Shown here: positions 37,590-51,935 of the stretch, one piece after another
How the letters are laid out: each line of letters opens with the position of its first letter
Position numbering within the stretch: the first letter of the stretch is position 1
Assembly (NCBI RefSeq): GCF_009914755.1
Contig: NC_060935.1
Length of the DNA: 64,000 nucleotides
Direction: 5' to 3' (one strand)
Source of the DNA: the human T2T-CHM13v2.0 reference genome, Homo sapiens
Position numbers and translations under genes: made by a program
The notes under the pieces: model-generated
Told to the model about the DNA's origin: nothing
Seen by the model: the letters and a program-made list of their open reading frames with translations, nothing else
Database searches by the model: none

Positions 37590-39760
37590 CTAACATTTAT
37601 TATTTTAACCATTTTTAAGTGCACAGTTCAGTGGCATTAAGTACATCCACACTGTTTTCCAAACATCTCCATCTTCCATCCCAAAACTTTTCCATTAACT
37701 GAAACCCTGCACTCATTAAACACTAACTATTCCCCTAATCCAGACCCTGGCAACTGCCATTCTACTTTTGGCCTCTATAAACAGGACTACTCTAGGCACC
37801 TCACATATGTAAACTCATACGTTATTTGACGTTTTGTGATTGGTTTATCACAAAATAAATGTGGAATTACAAACCAAAATATGGTATATGTATATGTGTG
37901 TATATTTACTCATGGATTCGATTTACCAGAAACCGTTATTTTTATATGCCATGGCTTCCAGTTACTCTTTGGGGTCCTTTTATTTAGATTTGAAGGAGTC
38001 CCTTTAACATTCTTTTTAGGGCAGGTCTTGTGGCGATGCACCTTCCACCATTTGTGTTTCTGGGAATGTCTTTATTGTGCCATCATTTTTGAAGGGCAGT
38101 TTGTTCATATATACAATCCTTAGTTGAGAGTTGAGTGTTTCCTTGTTTGTTTTCTCAGCATTCTAAGTATGTCCTCTGACTGTCTTCTGGTCTGTAAAGT
38201 TTCTACTGAGAAATTCCCCGATAGTCTACTTGGGAATCCCTCTTACATGGCAAGTCACTTTCCTCTTGCTCCTTTCAAGACTGTCTATTTTACTTGGTTT
38301 TAGGCAGTTTAACTATAATATGACTCAGTACGGGTCTCTTAGGGTGATTCTATTTGGACTCGTCAAGCTTCCTGAATTTGTAGATTCAAGGATTTCTTGG
38401 GAAGTTTTCAACCATTATTATTTTATAAAAATAATCTCTGTCTTTCTCTCTCAGTATCTCTCCTCTCTGAGACTTCCACAATGCATGTATTGGTTCACTT
38501 GTCAGCGCCTTATAAGTCCCTGAGCTCCTTTTACTTTATTTATTGTTTCTGTTGTTCCTCAGACTCGTAATTTAAACGACCTGTCTTCAAGTTTATCGGT
38601 TCTTTCTTCTCACTCTTTGAATCTGCTGTCGAACAGCTCTAGTATATTTTCCAATTTGGTTACCATATTTTTCAGCTCTAGAATTTCTGTTTGCTTCTTT
38701 TTTTATAATTTTGGTTAATTTCTTATCATTTTAATGTATATTTGTATATTGCTTTTCTTATTTTCTTTAGTTGTTCATCTGTGTTTTTCTTTAACTCTTT
38801 TAGCATATTTCAGTGTTGTTTTACTTTTTTTATCTAGGAAGCCTGATGTGTGTGTTTCTTCAAAGACAGTTTCTGAAAACTTATTTTGTTTTGCAAATGG
38901 TTGATGTTTTTCTGTACCTTTGTGTGCCTTGTAATCTTTTGTTAAAAACTGGGCATCTGAAGAATGAGGTACCTCTCTCAGTCTTTACAGACGGATGTGG
39001 CGTACTTTTGCTAATTGGTGAAAGATGTCCTAAGTCTGGATCCGCCTGGGATAAAGCCTTATGGTCTTTTTAGGTATTTTCTGGGCATGTGTCCTCCCTG
39101 GGCGTGTGTGTGTGTGTCTGTGTGTGTGTGTGTCTGTGCGTGTGTGTGTGTGCATTGTCTTCTTTTCTTCCCTCAATTTCTCCCATATAAACAGCCGCTT
39201 TTACATGTGTCAATGAGCCTCATTCAGCTTCTCTCAGGCTCAGGCCTGAGATGTTCTATTGCATTTCTCTGCCCATGTTCCTTTGCCCCAGGAGTCCACA
39301 GTCGGCAGCCTCCCCACCAGTTCTCCCATGCCTCAGTGTTTGCCATTGCTTTTCAAGGCTTCCAGCAGCCTGAGAGCCAAGCCATGGCACCATTCTCCAC
39401 CTGAGCTCCCAGCCAGGCAAAACAGAAACAAGTCTCTTGGGCAGCCACATACGGAGTAGAATATTACAGATAAATGCTGTCCTTTTTCTTCCAGCCTGAG
39501 GGAGGGAACTGGGAATTGTGCTGCAAGATGCCAAGGATGGGTAGAGCGAGGGTGAATATAAATTTCACAGCATTTCCTGCTGGCTTAAATGTAACTTTTT
39601 CTTAATTTGATGTTTTCTTAGTTGTTGTAGATGCTGGATTTGTTTTCAGAGCTCCTATAAAGTTGTTGTAGTCCATCTCTAGTTGCTTTCCTAATATTTC
39701 CATGGGGAAACAAGCGTTTGAAGCTTCCAGTCCACTATCTTGCTGATATCACTCCTGGCA
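37590..39760 (-). mobile_element. Old L1M fragments with (TG)n at ~39104-39152
   Basis: ttttaaccatttttaagtgcacagttcagtggcattaagtaca; T-rich L1 antisense body. Confidence 0.7.
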
Positions 39761-39938
39761 AGCCCATTTTTAAAATTATGGAACTAAGACTCAGAAAAGC
39801 TGGTAAGTGACAGCACTTTGACTAAAATCTGTGAATGTGAATCTTTAGACTAGTGTTTCTTCTACACGGCTGACCTCAAGCTGTCCTTCTAATAATCAGA
39901 GTGATAATAACGACGTGCATACAAAGCGCCGGCTTTGT

Positions 39939-40282
<344 letters not shown>

Positions 40283-41764
40283 TTAGGGTAGTTGGGAGAG
40301 AGGGAAACTGTCCCATTTGCTAGATGAAGAAACTGGATTATTTGTCCAAAGTCACAAACAAATTAGTGGAAAACTCATATTAGTTTATCTGCCTCCATAT
40401 GGCCATTTTGGCCTCTGCCCCACACTTTCAGAGGCTTGGAAGGTGCAGGTGGGAAGATGAGGAAAAACATATCAGAGAGGGATATTCTGCAGGGCAGGTA
40501 CCTCACCTTCCCTTACCCCTGAAGGTGCCTGCCATGCAAAAGCCACAGGCCATGGCCTGTGAGGGTTCCCTGGAATTAAGCAATAAAGGGAAGAGTCATG
40601 GGGAGGGTCAGAAGCCTGAATTCCAGGTCCCCCTGTGAGCCCCAGCCTCTCTGTACCTTGGTTGTGCAGTATCTGCACTGAGGCCTGACCCCATCTCCTT
40701 GTCTAGGACTGCTGGCCTGTTCCTCTCCCTCCTCTTTACCCTCCCAGGCTCTGTAGGGACAGCTTTAAGGCTGCCCTGAACCTGGATCCAGTCCCACAGC
40801 CAGGACTTCCCTGTGCCCACCTCCTTGGTGACAAAAACCTACCCTGGCTGCTGGCCTGGTTGGGGACAGTGGGAGGAGAAGAGGCCGCCCAGCGCTGCAG
40901 CTTTTATTCTCTGAAGCCAGAGATCCACCCTAGGAGATTTTATCAGGACTTCTGCTCCCAGATCCCTCCTTCTACAGACACCCTGATCCCCAGGATCTAA
41001 AGCCGCCTCCTTGGAACTCTCTTCTCAGTCAATGCCCTGTCTCCTGAGTGGGTCCCAGTCCTCCCTGCTTCCTGCCACGCCCTGGGAGGTTCCAGCCCTC
41101 CTGCACATGCCCACAGCTGTGGAGTTGTGCAGGCACAGCCCCTGGGATGTGGCCTCATCGTAGTGTGCAAGGAGGGCCTGCAGTGAAAACCTGCACACTT
41201 CTGCACCAGGACACTGGAGTCTGCCGTCCTCCCCTGGGCTGGGGATGGGGAAGCAGCACCTAAGGCTTCCTCACAGGTGACAAGCCTGCGGCCTGTGTGG
41301 AGGCCACCAGGTGAAGTTAACTACAGGAGTGGTTAACTGTACAGTCTCTAAAGCCAAGTTATTGTTGGGTGTGGAAAACAGAGAATAGGAGCACACAGCT
41401 GAGGCTCTGCAGTGATCACTAATTTTCAAAAAATAATTGGAAAATTTTCTCTAGTTGCTAATTGTTCAAGAAACTTAGATCATGATGAAAATAAATACAA
41501 AATCTGAACTACAGTATAATGGTTTCTAACAATCTTGAACTTGGATTTGGTTTTCGGAGTAAAGGAACAAGGGAAAGTGCAGATTAACCTGGGAGGTTAT
41601 CTGGGCAGCAAAACCCTCTCGGGAGCACATGCAGAGTCCAAGGGTGGAGGAATCTGAAGCGCTTTTGGTATGAAATTCCTTTATAAGCAATTTTCTTCGG
41701 TCCTCTCAGAAGGGACCTCTAACTGTATTCTTTTAGCGTGTCAGAAATGATGCACCTAGCTGCT

Positions 41765-42040
41765 TCCTCAGAGTCTTGTGATTGGCATCTGAAGTGGAGG
41801 GTGATCTTGTGTGACTGAGCCCCCAACCTGTGGAATCAGCTGCTGTCTCAAGGTAGATAGTGTCAGAATTGAATTGAATTGGAAGAAACTCAGTTGTATC
41901 TGCTGGGGAATCTGTAGGATTGCTTGGTGGGGAAACTCCCCACAAATCTTGGTGACGGGAGGTCACAGAAGTATTGCGTGTTGATGGTTGAGTGAGGAGA
42001 TGGGAAAAGTGCGCTTTGGCTGTCTTCTCCCTGTCTCTCC
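41765..42040 (+). mobile_element. MER21-like LTR fragment
   Basis: attggcatctgaagtgga...ggtagatagtgtcagaattgaattgaatt. Confidence 0.7.
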
Positions 42041-44356
42041 TTAGAGGGTTTGTCGGCTGTACACCGATCTCCCAGCAGCTTCTGTGTCTTTTCTCCCTCA
42101 GATGTTCTCTCCTGTGCCCTCCACCCTCACTGAGATGTAAACAAGCTGCCTCATGCTGTCTTGTCTTGTTGGAAGCCCGGGGCTTGACACCAGATATTTA
42201 TCGTCTCAGGATGTGTGCACCCCACAGTTCTCTACCCCAAAAGTCTTTTTCTTACTTTGTTAAACAGCATGATTTTCAGGCATTGCTGAAAATAATTGAC
42301 TTTCAAAAAATATCAAGACTCATCTTAAGATCTGGATTTTGCAGTGCCTTTATTACTTCATGTGTCTTCTGCTTATTCTCATGTGAAATTGTATTCTAGG
42401 TACTAATTAATTATGCCAAGGCTTTCTTCCCTTTCTGGATAACTTGCAGTGTTTGGGATGCTAACTGCATGGTGTCCTTACTGTTTTGTCAAACATCAGC
42501 CCCTTTATTGCCTCGGTCCATCAAACAAGCCCATGGTCCTTTATTTATTTTCCAAGCCTGGTTTTCCTGCAGGGATAAGCACTGACCCTGATGGTCCCTC
42601 TAAGGTCACGTGTGTGGCTGTGAAGAAGCTCAGTGGAGCAAGTGCCAGACGGAGGCAACACAGCCCAGTCCAGACCCCTGCCGGCCCTGTCCACAGCCTC
42701 TCTGTCTCAACTCCTGACTGAAGGAAAGGACAGAATGCCCCAAAGGTCAAGACAAAGCTTTATTTTCAGAATAATAACTTTTATTATATATAACATATTA
42801 TTGTTATATTAAATATTTGTGCTGTCATCTTTTACAGTTTTAATGCTTTTTATTTGACATTTATTTTCTACTCATATTCCCTCTGCTTTAATATTTTCTC
42901 TGATTGAATGTCTATACCTAGTAGAAATCATTCTATTTGTTATTCATATTACTTTATCATGATATACTATTGCATTATAATAATGTTATACATTTATTAT
43001 CGTATCATCATTTTCAGAAAAGTTCTTAAGCTTATAGTATAATTCTACCACATATAAATGATTCACCATGTATTATCACTTGTTGTTATTTAAAACTATG
43101 CATATAAATGTTATAAAAAGTAAAGATTCATTTAAAGTTTCCGGATATCCTGAGAATTTCTGGAAATTTCAATTCTTATCCCCGATCCCTGGTGATTAAT
43201 TGTTCAGAGAGTGGAAAGGTTATGTGTATGTGGTGGGGGTGTCAATTCTGGGTAATGTAGAAAATGTAACAATGCTAATCAAGGGAAGTATTAAAACCAG
43301 GCTATTGGTAAAACATAGTAGGATGGCCAAGAAATGTTGAGGTAGATAATCATAAATTTATAGTCATATGGGTCTGCCACATTGTGAGGTTTATTTTTCT
43401 CAAGCAATTTTTAGTTATGGTAGTGTATATATAAAAAAGACTTGGTCCTGTTTTTCCAGGAAGAGCTTAGTGAAATAACTACAATAAAATGACATTGCCC
43501 AAGACAATTGAGTTTACTCATAAGGAAATACAAAGTAAAAATGGATTTAAAATAAATTTAAATAAACAATGAAGTAAATCTCAGGGAGTGTATATAGATA
43601 TAGATAGAAAGTTGGAAAATTCAAGTCTTCATTAGATTGAATAATTATGGACTTGAAGGATGAAGCTGTAGTAGAAATTGGCCACTTGAATTCATTTGAG
43701 GAATGGGACTATCCCTGGAGATGGATTGCTGGAAGCCCTGGGAGGTCAGGGTGCTGATGGGTTACTGACTAAAGGTGGTGAGGGGAGTGACTGTAAGCAG
43801 ATACAGAAGTCTTTAGGGTGAGGAATGGGGAAGAGGACCCAGGACCTCAATGGATGGCAATGACAAAGAGGAAGATGTCATAAATTCCCAATAGTTAGGG
43901 CACGTAACAGAGGGAGAAGGAAAAAAATTAATATTGGATATTCATCATGAAAGAATTCCTCAGCCATGGTGGAAGAGAGTTATTTATTTCTATTCTGTCA
44001 TCCCTCTCTCCCTCTCCCATTAGAAGTCTATGGCAGGCAGCCTAGCTCAGCCCATCTCAGGGCAAGTAGACAGTTCACTCTCAATCTGATGACACTCAGC
44101 CATTAGAAGGAAAACAAATGTCCAGTTGAAGACAGTTACATTCACTCTCACTCCCACTGTTTCTCTGACCTGAAGTTTCCATTTTGACTTCATGTTTATT
44201 GTATATTGCACCTAATACTCATGTTTTATCTTAATTTTGGAACAGACTTTCTGTAATAAAATGTAAATATAGTCAGCTTACTGTCTTATTTACAAGTACA
44301 TATTTTCTTAATGTATATGTATTACCCGTATAAAAATACCAAAGAAAGAAACAACT

Positions 44357-45225
44357 AGATGACCCTGAACAACATGAAGAATAGAGGCATTGACCCCTGC
44401 TCTGTCAAGAATCTGAATACAACATTTGACTTCCCAAAACCTTAGCTACTAATAGCTTTCTGTTGACAGAAAGCCTTATGAGTACCATAAGCAGTCAATT
44501 AACACATTTGGTGTACTATGTGCACTACATGCTGTATTCTTATAATAATGTAAGCTAGAAAAAAGAAAATATTATTAAGAAAATTATAAGAAAGAGAAAA
44601 AGCATTTACTTAAAACAGCTTGTTGCATGGCAAGAGTGAGGCCATCTTGAAGCAAAACTGCCATGAAGACCTATGTTTGATTCTTGCATAGTAGGCTTGT
44701 GTTCTGCAGCAAGATCTTTAAACAATTCCTGTGAGATAGATAACCCCTCATAAAGATACCTATCTAACCTCCATGGTGGTCATCACTCTTAGCAAGAAGA
44801 AAGTCAGATGTGACCAGCTGCACAAGTCTTTACCTTAAAATCTTGTTCTATAAGGAGTACCTTCTGGAGGGTGGTTTTGGGAATCCACTGTCTCACAGCC
44901 CTCAAGATATCCCTTCTGTCTGTAGTTTCTATTACATATTTCCTTCTGAGAAACTAGCTTTGTCAGCCTCTGTCTTCAACAGCTCAGCTCCCTTGGCCTT
45001 TGAGGGCAGATTTGCATGTACCTGCTCACTGTGGAACACTGTCCATTAAGTGAAACTGAATCATCATAAAGGTCTTTATCCCCATCGTCTTCATATTGAG
45101 TAAGCTGAGGAGGAGAAGGAAGAGAAGGGGTTGGTCTTGCTGTCTAAGAGTAGCAAAGGTGGAGAAAATCTCACATGTAAGTGGTCCCATGCAGTTCAAA
45201 TCCATGTTGTTCAAAGGTCAACTCT
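44357..45225. mobile_element. Tigger2a-like DNA element split by an LTR
   Basis: Ends gatgaccctgaacaac and gttgttcaaaggtcaact; interrupted at ~44620-45040. Confidence 0.75.
44621..45039 (+). mobile_element. LTR47-like solo LTR (contains octamer ATTTGCAT at 45010-45017)
   Basis: gccatcttgaagcaaaactgccatg...tttccttctgagaaact...tgctcactgtggaaca. Confidence 0.7.
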
Positions 45226-45309
45226 ATCAATTTCTTTCTGATCATGACAGAGAAATAGTTGCCAGAAATACTCTACTGAATGAAATGGACTTAATGATTT
45301 CCTCAGATG

Positions 45310-45782
45310 GACTGAATTTAGATAGGTGTATTTCTGAATATGGGACCCTGACCTTCATTTTCACTGGGTGTTTATTTTAGAAAACTTCTAATTGCAAGTT
45401 TGTTCATTGCCTCTTTGAAATATGATAAATCTTCCAGCCTCTTGACAGTTCTACAACCCGGAAATATCTTTCTTAAGGACACAAAAGCCACCTCTTTGAA
45501 ATTTAACCACCAAAAAAAATTGCACACCTATGTCCCAATTTCTGTTGTAGGATAGAAGCCTGACTTCAATATGTGACTGCAAACGCTGATAGCCTAATCA
45601 CACTGACCAGCCTCCTCATTAACGATCTCCAATACTTTACCATTACCCTACTGTAGCATTTAAAATTCTTCTTGCCTTTTGTTTTGGTGGCATTGAGTTC
45701 AGTCTCTCTCCCCTGTTGCAATAGTCTTGAATAAAGTATTACTTGCCTGTTTAACTCTGTCTAGTGCAATTTCTCTTTGACA
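45310..45782 (+). mobile_element. MER31-like ERV1 LTR
   Basis: gcaatagtcttgaataaagt...tgtctagtgcaatttctctttgaca. Confidence 0.65.
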
Positions 45783-45939
45783 TTACCATTGCAAACAAGT
45801 ATAAATTCAAAAATATATACATGAAGAAAATGTTTTCAGGCATTGAAAAACAGATAGAACAGGACTGAGATCCTAAAAAAAAAAGTGAGACACACAGATG
45901 GTCTCTACATTTATACTAGTTTTCCATCCAGGGGCATCT

Positions 45940-46260
45940 TTCAAACCATATTCCTTGCTGCTACCATACCAGATGAACACAAGCTTTAAGGTTTAAAAAA
46001 ACAAAAATCTATTATCATACAGTTCTGAAAGTCAGCAGTCAGAAATGGGCTGAAATCAATGTGTCAGAGATGCTGTGTTTCTTTTGGAAACTCAGATAAT
46101 CTTTTTACTTCCCTTTTTTGGCTCCTGGAGCCTACCTTTTTTATTAGGCTCATGACCCATCCTCATCTTCAAAGCCAGCAGTGTAGCATCTTCAGATTCT
46201 CCTGACTCTCACCTTTTGCCTCTCTCTTCCAGACTTGAAGCTTCTTTGATTATATAAGAT
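45940..46260 (-). mobile_element. MLT1 fragment
   Basis: cagttctgaaagtcagcagtc...catcttcaaagccagca. Confidence 0.6.
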
Positions 46261-46499
46261 CAGGACTCTTCAAAGATTGGCAGAAACCACTTCTGTGGAC
46301 CTGTGAAATGAATAAATGGTCACACTGTGCTGGGAGATGTTAATATTTTGACCAATTAGAGTGGAGAGATTTTGCAGAAAATCTTTGAATTCAGTCGAAA
46401 CCTCAAAGCCCACACTTTAGGAGTGTGGCTACATTAGTTCAAGAGTAAAGACTAAATTAGATCAATTCCCCCTTGCCTCAGAAAATCCTAAAGCCAAAC

Positions 46500-47420
46500 C
46501 TGAAATATGATAAACTGATTCACCAGTAAAGTAATGACCTTTAAAGACAAAACTCTTTGAAGGAAGAAAACAAAATTCAGACCTGCAGAATATACATTCT
46601 TTTTACATGCATATGGAATGTTCATCAAGTAAACTATATGACGGGTTATAAAACCATTCTCAGCATATTTAAAATGAATAAAATCATAAAGCATGTTCTC
46701 TGTCCATAAGAGAAATTAATTACAAATCAATAGCAAAACTGTATTTGGGAAATCACCTGTATATTTGGAAATTAAACAACCCACATAACTTAAAGACCAA
46801 ACAAAAAGATTAAAATTTTAAAGTGTATTTGAAATGAACAAAAATGAAAAGGCAACTTCCCAAAATATGTAAGGTGCAATTAAAACAGTGATTATAAAGA
46901 AAATGTATAGCTCCAAACCCTCATATTAGAAAAACAAGATATGTTTAGAAACAATAATCCAAATGTTCACTTTTAATACCTAGAACATGAAGAAAAAATT
47001 ATACCTAAGGTAAGCAGAAGGACGGATGTAATAATACTAGGATTGAAAATCCATAAAATAGAAGATGAACAAATAGTAGAATGTTTATTAAGTAGTTCTT
47101 TGAAAAGATTAAAAATCCTGATAAATCTTGGTTAAATTGCTCAAGGAAAAAAAGAAAATATAAATTACCAACACTAATAATGAAAGAAGAATCATTACTA
47201 TATCCTTCAGACGTTAAAACGTTAACAAGAAAATATTTTGGACAAGTTTATACAAATAAATTCAACCTTGTAGTTGAAATAGACCACTCCCTTAAAAAAT
47301 CAAAACCAAAAACAGTTTACCCAAACTGAAAAATGGTAAATTAGAAATTATGTATTGCCCTACATATACAGCAAAGGAACTGAGTTTGTTTCAAAAGAAA
47401 AAGGAATCTTCCTAGAGAGA
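46500..47420 (+). mobile_element. Old L1M ORF2 remnant
   Basis: gcagaatatacattctttt...catatggaatgttc; A-rich; no intact frame. Confidence 0.75.
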
Positions 47421-47444
47421 AATCTTCATTTAGCTCAAAGAGCA

Positions 47445-47725
47445 TATGTGTGTGCCAGTGCTGTGGTGTATGTGAGTGCTGGGTGTGTGCATGCACACGT
47501 GTGAGTATTGTGTGTGACTACTACGTATGTGCATGCACACGTGTGAGTACTGTGTGTGCATGTGAGTACAGTGTGTGGGCATGCACACTTGTGAGTATTG
47601 TGTGTGAGAATACTGTGTGTGCAGGCACACGTGAGTACTGTGTGTGCAGGCACACATGTGAGTACTGTGTGTGCATCTGAGTAGTGTGTGTGTACTTTGT
47701 GTGTGTGTGCGTGTGTCTTTGTGTT
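47445..47725. repeat. TG-rich degenerate ~25-bp minisatellite
   Basis: Recurring GTGAGTACTGTGTGTGCA(GG/TG)CACAC. Confidence 0.85.
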
Positions 47726-47839
47726 TGAGCCTATGTGTGGATTCATTGCTGTGTATGTCTTTTCTTTCAACAATTGCACATGTTCAATGATCCAGCACAG
47801 GAGCATTTTCTCATATGCTCAATGCTGCACACATTGGGT

Positions 47840-48290
47840 ACTGTACTATTGTGTTGCTCTAAAGGATTACCTGGGGCTGGGTAATTCAGAAATTAAAGAG
47901 GTTTATTTGGCTCACAGATTTGCAGGGTATTGAGGTGGGGGAGCACAAGTTTAATTATCATCCACTGATATTCTCTGAGCTATACGAGAAGCATGGCATC
48001 AGCATCTGCTTCTGGTGAGGCCCTCAGGGAGCTTCCACTCCTGGTGTAAGGGGAAGTGGAACTGGCTTCACATGGGGAGTTAGAAGGAAAGAGAGAGTGG
48101 GGAGGGAGGTGCCAAGCTCTTTATAACAATCAGTTCTCCTGGAACTCACTCATTATTGCAAAGGAGGCACCAAGCTAATCATGAGAGATCCACCCCCATG
48201 GCCCAACACCTCTCACCAGGTCCCACTTCCAACATTGTGGATCACATTTCGAGATGAGTTTTGGAGGAGACCAATATTTAAACTCTGTCA
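47840..48290 (-). mobile_element. MST (MSTB-like) LTR with ~50-bp insertion
   Basis: gaggtttatttggctcac...gaagcatggcatcagcatctgcttctggtgagg. Confidence 0.8.
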
Positions 48291-48812
48291 CACAGTAATA
48301 AGAAGAAGACTAAGAATTATAAGTAAATAATTGATGCTGTTTCAGGTTTCTCTGGGAGAAGAAAAGAAGGTACTATTTCTGAAGAGAATATACTTTGAGA
48401 AATGAAGTATAAGATGCATATTTTCAAACCAATTTATCAAGTTTCCATTTTAAGCCTTCACATGTGGCACACGTGAATCATTCACTGTTTTAGATGGCCA
48501 CTGGTAAAGAGGTTTATGGATATGTTTTAATGGCATCACAGCGTCACTCTGATGTTGGACACGTGGATTGGACACACTGTGAGTCTGTGGGAGCTGCTTC
48601 ATGCCTATGGAAATTCTCAAGGTAACTTAGCATTTTTGCAGTTGTATCACTCATCGTTGCCCTCCGAGCACCACATTCACAATGCCTATGATTTCTTCTC
48701 CTAAATTTACCATCCATCAGCCAGTAGACACCTCAACATTACATGAATAGCCAGTTTTAATTTACTCTGGTGGGTCATTGCAATTTTTTTAAGTTGTTTC
48801 AAGAATCTGTAA

Positions 48813-49217
<405 letters not shown>

Positions 49218-49511
49218 CTGAGAACGGATTTTGCAGGCTATTGAGGTGGAGTAGCACAATTTTCATCTCAGCTCCTCCCTCTCTGAGGTTGGAAACAGCT
49301 GAGTGCCTTCTGTCTCTCTCTCAAGCCTCTGTTCCTCACCCCTGCCCTGGCAGCCTTTGCTCAGCTCCTAAAGCAATGGAGAGGTCTTTCTAACAGCAGT
49401 GAGTTTATTGCCCAACTGTGTGGGGTTCTGGGGGACGGGATTGGCAGATGAAGGAGAGAGGGCTCAGTCCCTGATCTGCAGACCTGTATTTTTCTTCCGA
49501 TCAACACATTT

Positions 49512-50405
49512 CTTTTTATTATTATTATTATTATACTTTAAATTTTAGGGTACATGTGCACAACGTGCAGGTTTGTTACACATGTATACCTGTGCCATGT
49601 TGGTGTGCTGCACCCATTAACTCGTCACTTAACATTAGGTATATCTCCTAATGCTAACCCTCCCCGCTTCCCCCACCTCACAACAGGCCCTAGTGTGTGA
49701 TGTTCCCCTTCCTGTGTCCGTGTGTTCTCATTGTTCAACTCCCACCTATAAGTGAGAACATGTGGTGTTTGGTTTTTTGTCCTTGTGATAGTTCACTGAG
49801 AATGATGGTTTCCAGCTTTATCCATGTCCCTACAAAGGACATGAACTCATCTTTTTTTATGGCTGCATAGTATTCCATGGTGTATATGTGCCACATTTTC
49901 TTAATCCAGTCTATCAGTGATGGATATTTGGGTTGGTTCCAAGTCTTTGCTATTGTTAATAGTGCCGCAATAAACATACGTGTGCATGTGTCTTTATAGC
50001 AGCATGTTTTATAATCCTTTGGGTACATACCCAGTAATGGGATGGCTGGGTCAAATGGTATTTCTAGTTCTAGATCCCTGAGGAATCACCACGCTGACTT
50101 CCACAATGGTTGAACTAGTTTACCGTCCCACCAACAGTGCAAAAGTGTTCCTATTTCTCCACATCCTCTCCAGCACCTGTTGTTTCCTGACTTTTTAATG
50201 ATCACCATTCTAACTGGTGTGAGATGGCATCTCACTGTGGTTGTGATTTGCATTTCTCTGATGGCCAGTGATGATGAGCATTTTTTCATGTGTCTTTTGG
50301 CTGCATAAATGTCTTCTTTTGAGAAGTGTCTGTTCATATCCTTCGCGCACTTTTTGACGGGGTTGTTTGTTTTTTTCTTGTAAATTTGTTTGAGTTCATT
50401 GTAGA
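49512..50405 (-). mobile_element. L1PA (about PA4-PA5), 5'-truncated 3' end
   Basis: ttatactttaa...agggtacatgtgcacaacgtgcagg; ORF2 C-terminal peptides ([16 protein letters not shown]; WIKKMWHIYTMEYYAAIKK) in the ORF track. Confidence 0.93.
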
Positions 50406-51589
50406 CAGGAGGACTAAGAAGCAGCCTGAAAGATGAATTCCTGTGGGGAGGGTGAGGAGGCTGGGGATACACGGGCAGAGGCAAGGATCTGGAGGAAGCA
50501 GAAGTCAGATGTCACCTCCGTGAGCTTCACCAGGGCCCTGGAGTGCTCTCAGAAATTTTGTTCAGACTGGGCAGGAAGTGTCGGTCATCCCATCAGACCT
50601 CCTTTGAGTTTCTCTGCACAGAGTCAGGCCCACTGAGGAGGCAAGGAGAAGTCTATGGGTTCCTTATGCCCTGGAGCTCTGTAAGGAAAACGTGAGGACA
50701 GGGTGTCCTTTCATCACATAAGGCTAAACATCTTATGGAATATTATACATTCCAAGCTGAGAATACCAGTTAAGTTTCTTCATTTGAAGGTGGGAGAAGG
50801 CTTTGGAGAGATAAAGAGGCACCGACAGAAGCAAACATTCAGAGACCCAGGCTCATAAAAGGACAAGTGGCCCCAGGAATCTGGGTCTGAGCAGCCAATG
50901 ACAGTGTCTTTGAGGGGTTGTCATAGTCAGAACACATAAATCTCAACCATTTCAAGCTCAAGATTTGTGGATAAGGAAATCTGTTTAGCCAGAGTTGCTC
51001 ATCATTTGACTGAAAGAGGGAAGGTTCCTTAGTTGTTCCTTCAAAATCCTGGAGGATAGTGAAGGTTCTTGATGGTTCTTTACCCAACAGAAAATCAGGA
51101 GCCTTTTTGGCAGGTTACACATTGAAAGTGGGGCTGAGCCAGCAACACCTGCTTCTGGGTACCCCGGGGCACTGTCCTCCTTGATTGTCTTGTTGCCTGC
51201 AGCCAGCCGTCAAGCCTGACCACAGTTAGAGGCTCAAGAGTTGGAGGGGAGCTCCAAGTTTATCAAGAGCAGGCCGTGGGACCAAGTTTTGCTTGTTCAG
51301 TTGTTTGTTTGCATGTTTATCTCAATTTACAATCGATCGTAGACTGTAAAATGTCATAATAATGAAAAACAAAGATAAGACAAACAAGGAAGAGTAATTA
51401 GAAAAAAGTAAAACCAAAATAAATTTAAATGTAAAGAAATAATTGAAAAACAAAAGATAATAAAAGCAAAAAAAATCCCTGATTAGTTGGAGGTAGCAGC
51501 AATGTCAAATTGCTGTAAAGGTTCCTCAAAGCTTATCCCATCTTCTGTATGTATCTGGTCTAAGGATGATAACATCACTGATCTTGGCT

Positions 51590-51935
51590 GCCAGTTCTCA
51601 ACTTTACACATTAGGGTGACCTGGAGAGATCTTCAAAGTGTTAATATATGGGGCGCCTCAAATATTTCAATTTAATTAGTCTGTTGTGAGACCTGTGAAT
51701 TACCATTTTTAAAAACTCTTTAAGTAATCACAATGAGCAGCAGAGTGAAAAGCCACTGATCCAGACTGATGTTTTTTAACCTGCATAAGTGTGAGAATCA
51801 CCATGGAAATTTATAAACGTACGTGCGCACAGCTCCCACTCAAATTTTACAAAATTCCAATTTCTGGTGGTGGTTCCAGGACAGTGGTGCATTTACAAAA
51901 CACCACAAGGGATTCTAAAGGATACTCCTAGATTA
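51590..51935. mobile_element. MER5A/B remnants
   Basis: gttctcaactt...cacctgg-like and gagaatcaccatgg motifs. Confidence 0.5.

Noticed and set aside
49735-50484. L1 ORF2 C-terminal peptides
   Set aside because: They belong to a 5'-truncated, interrupted L1PA; non-functional.
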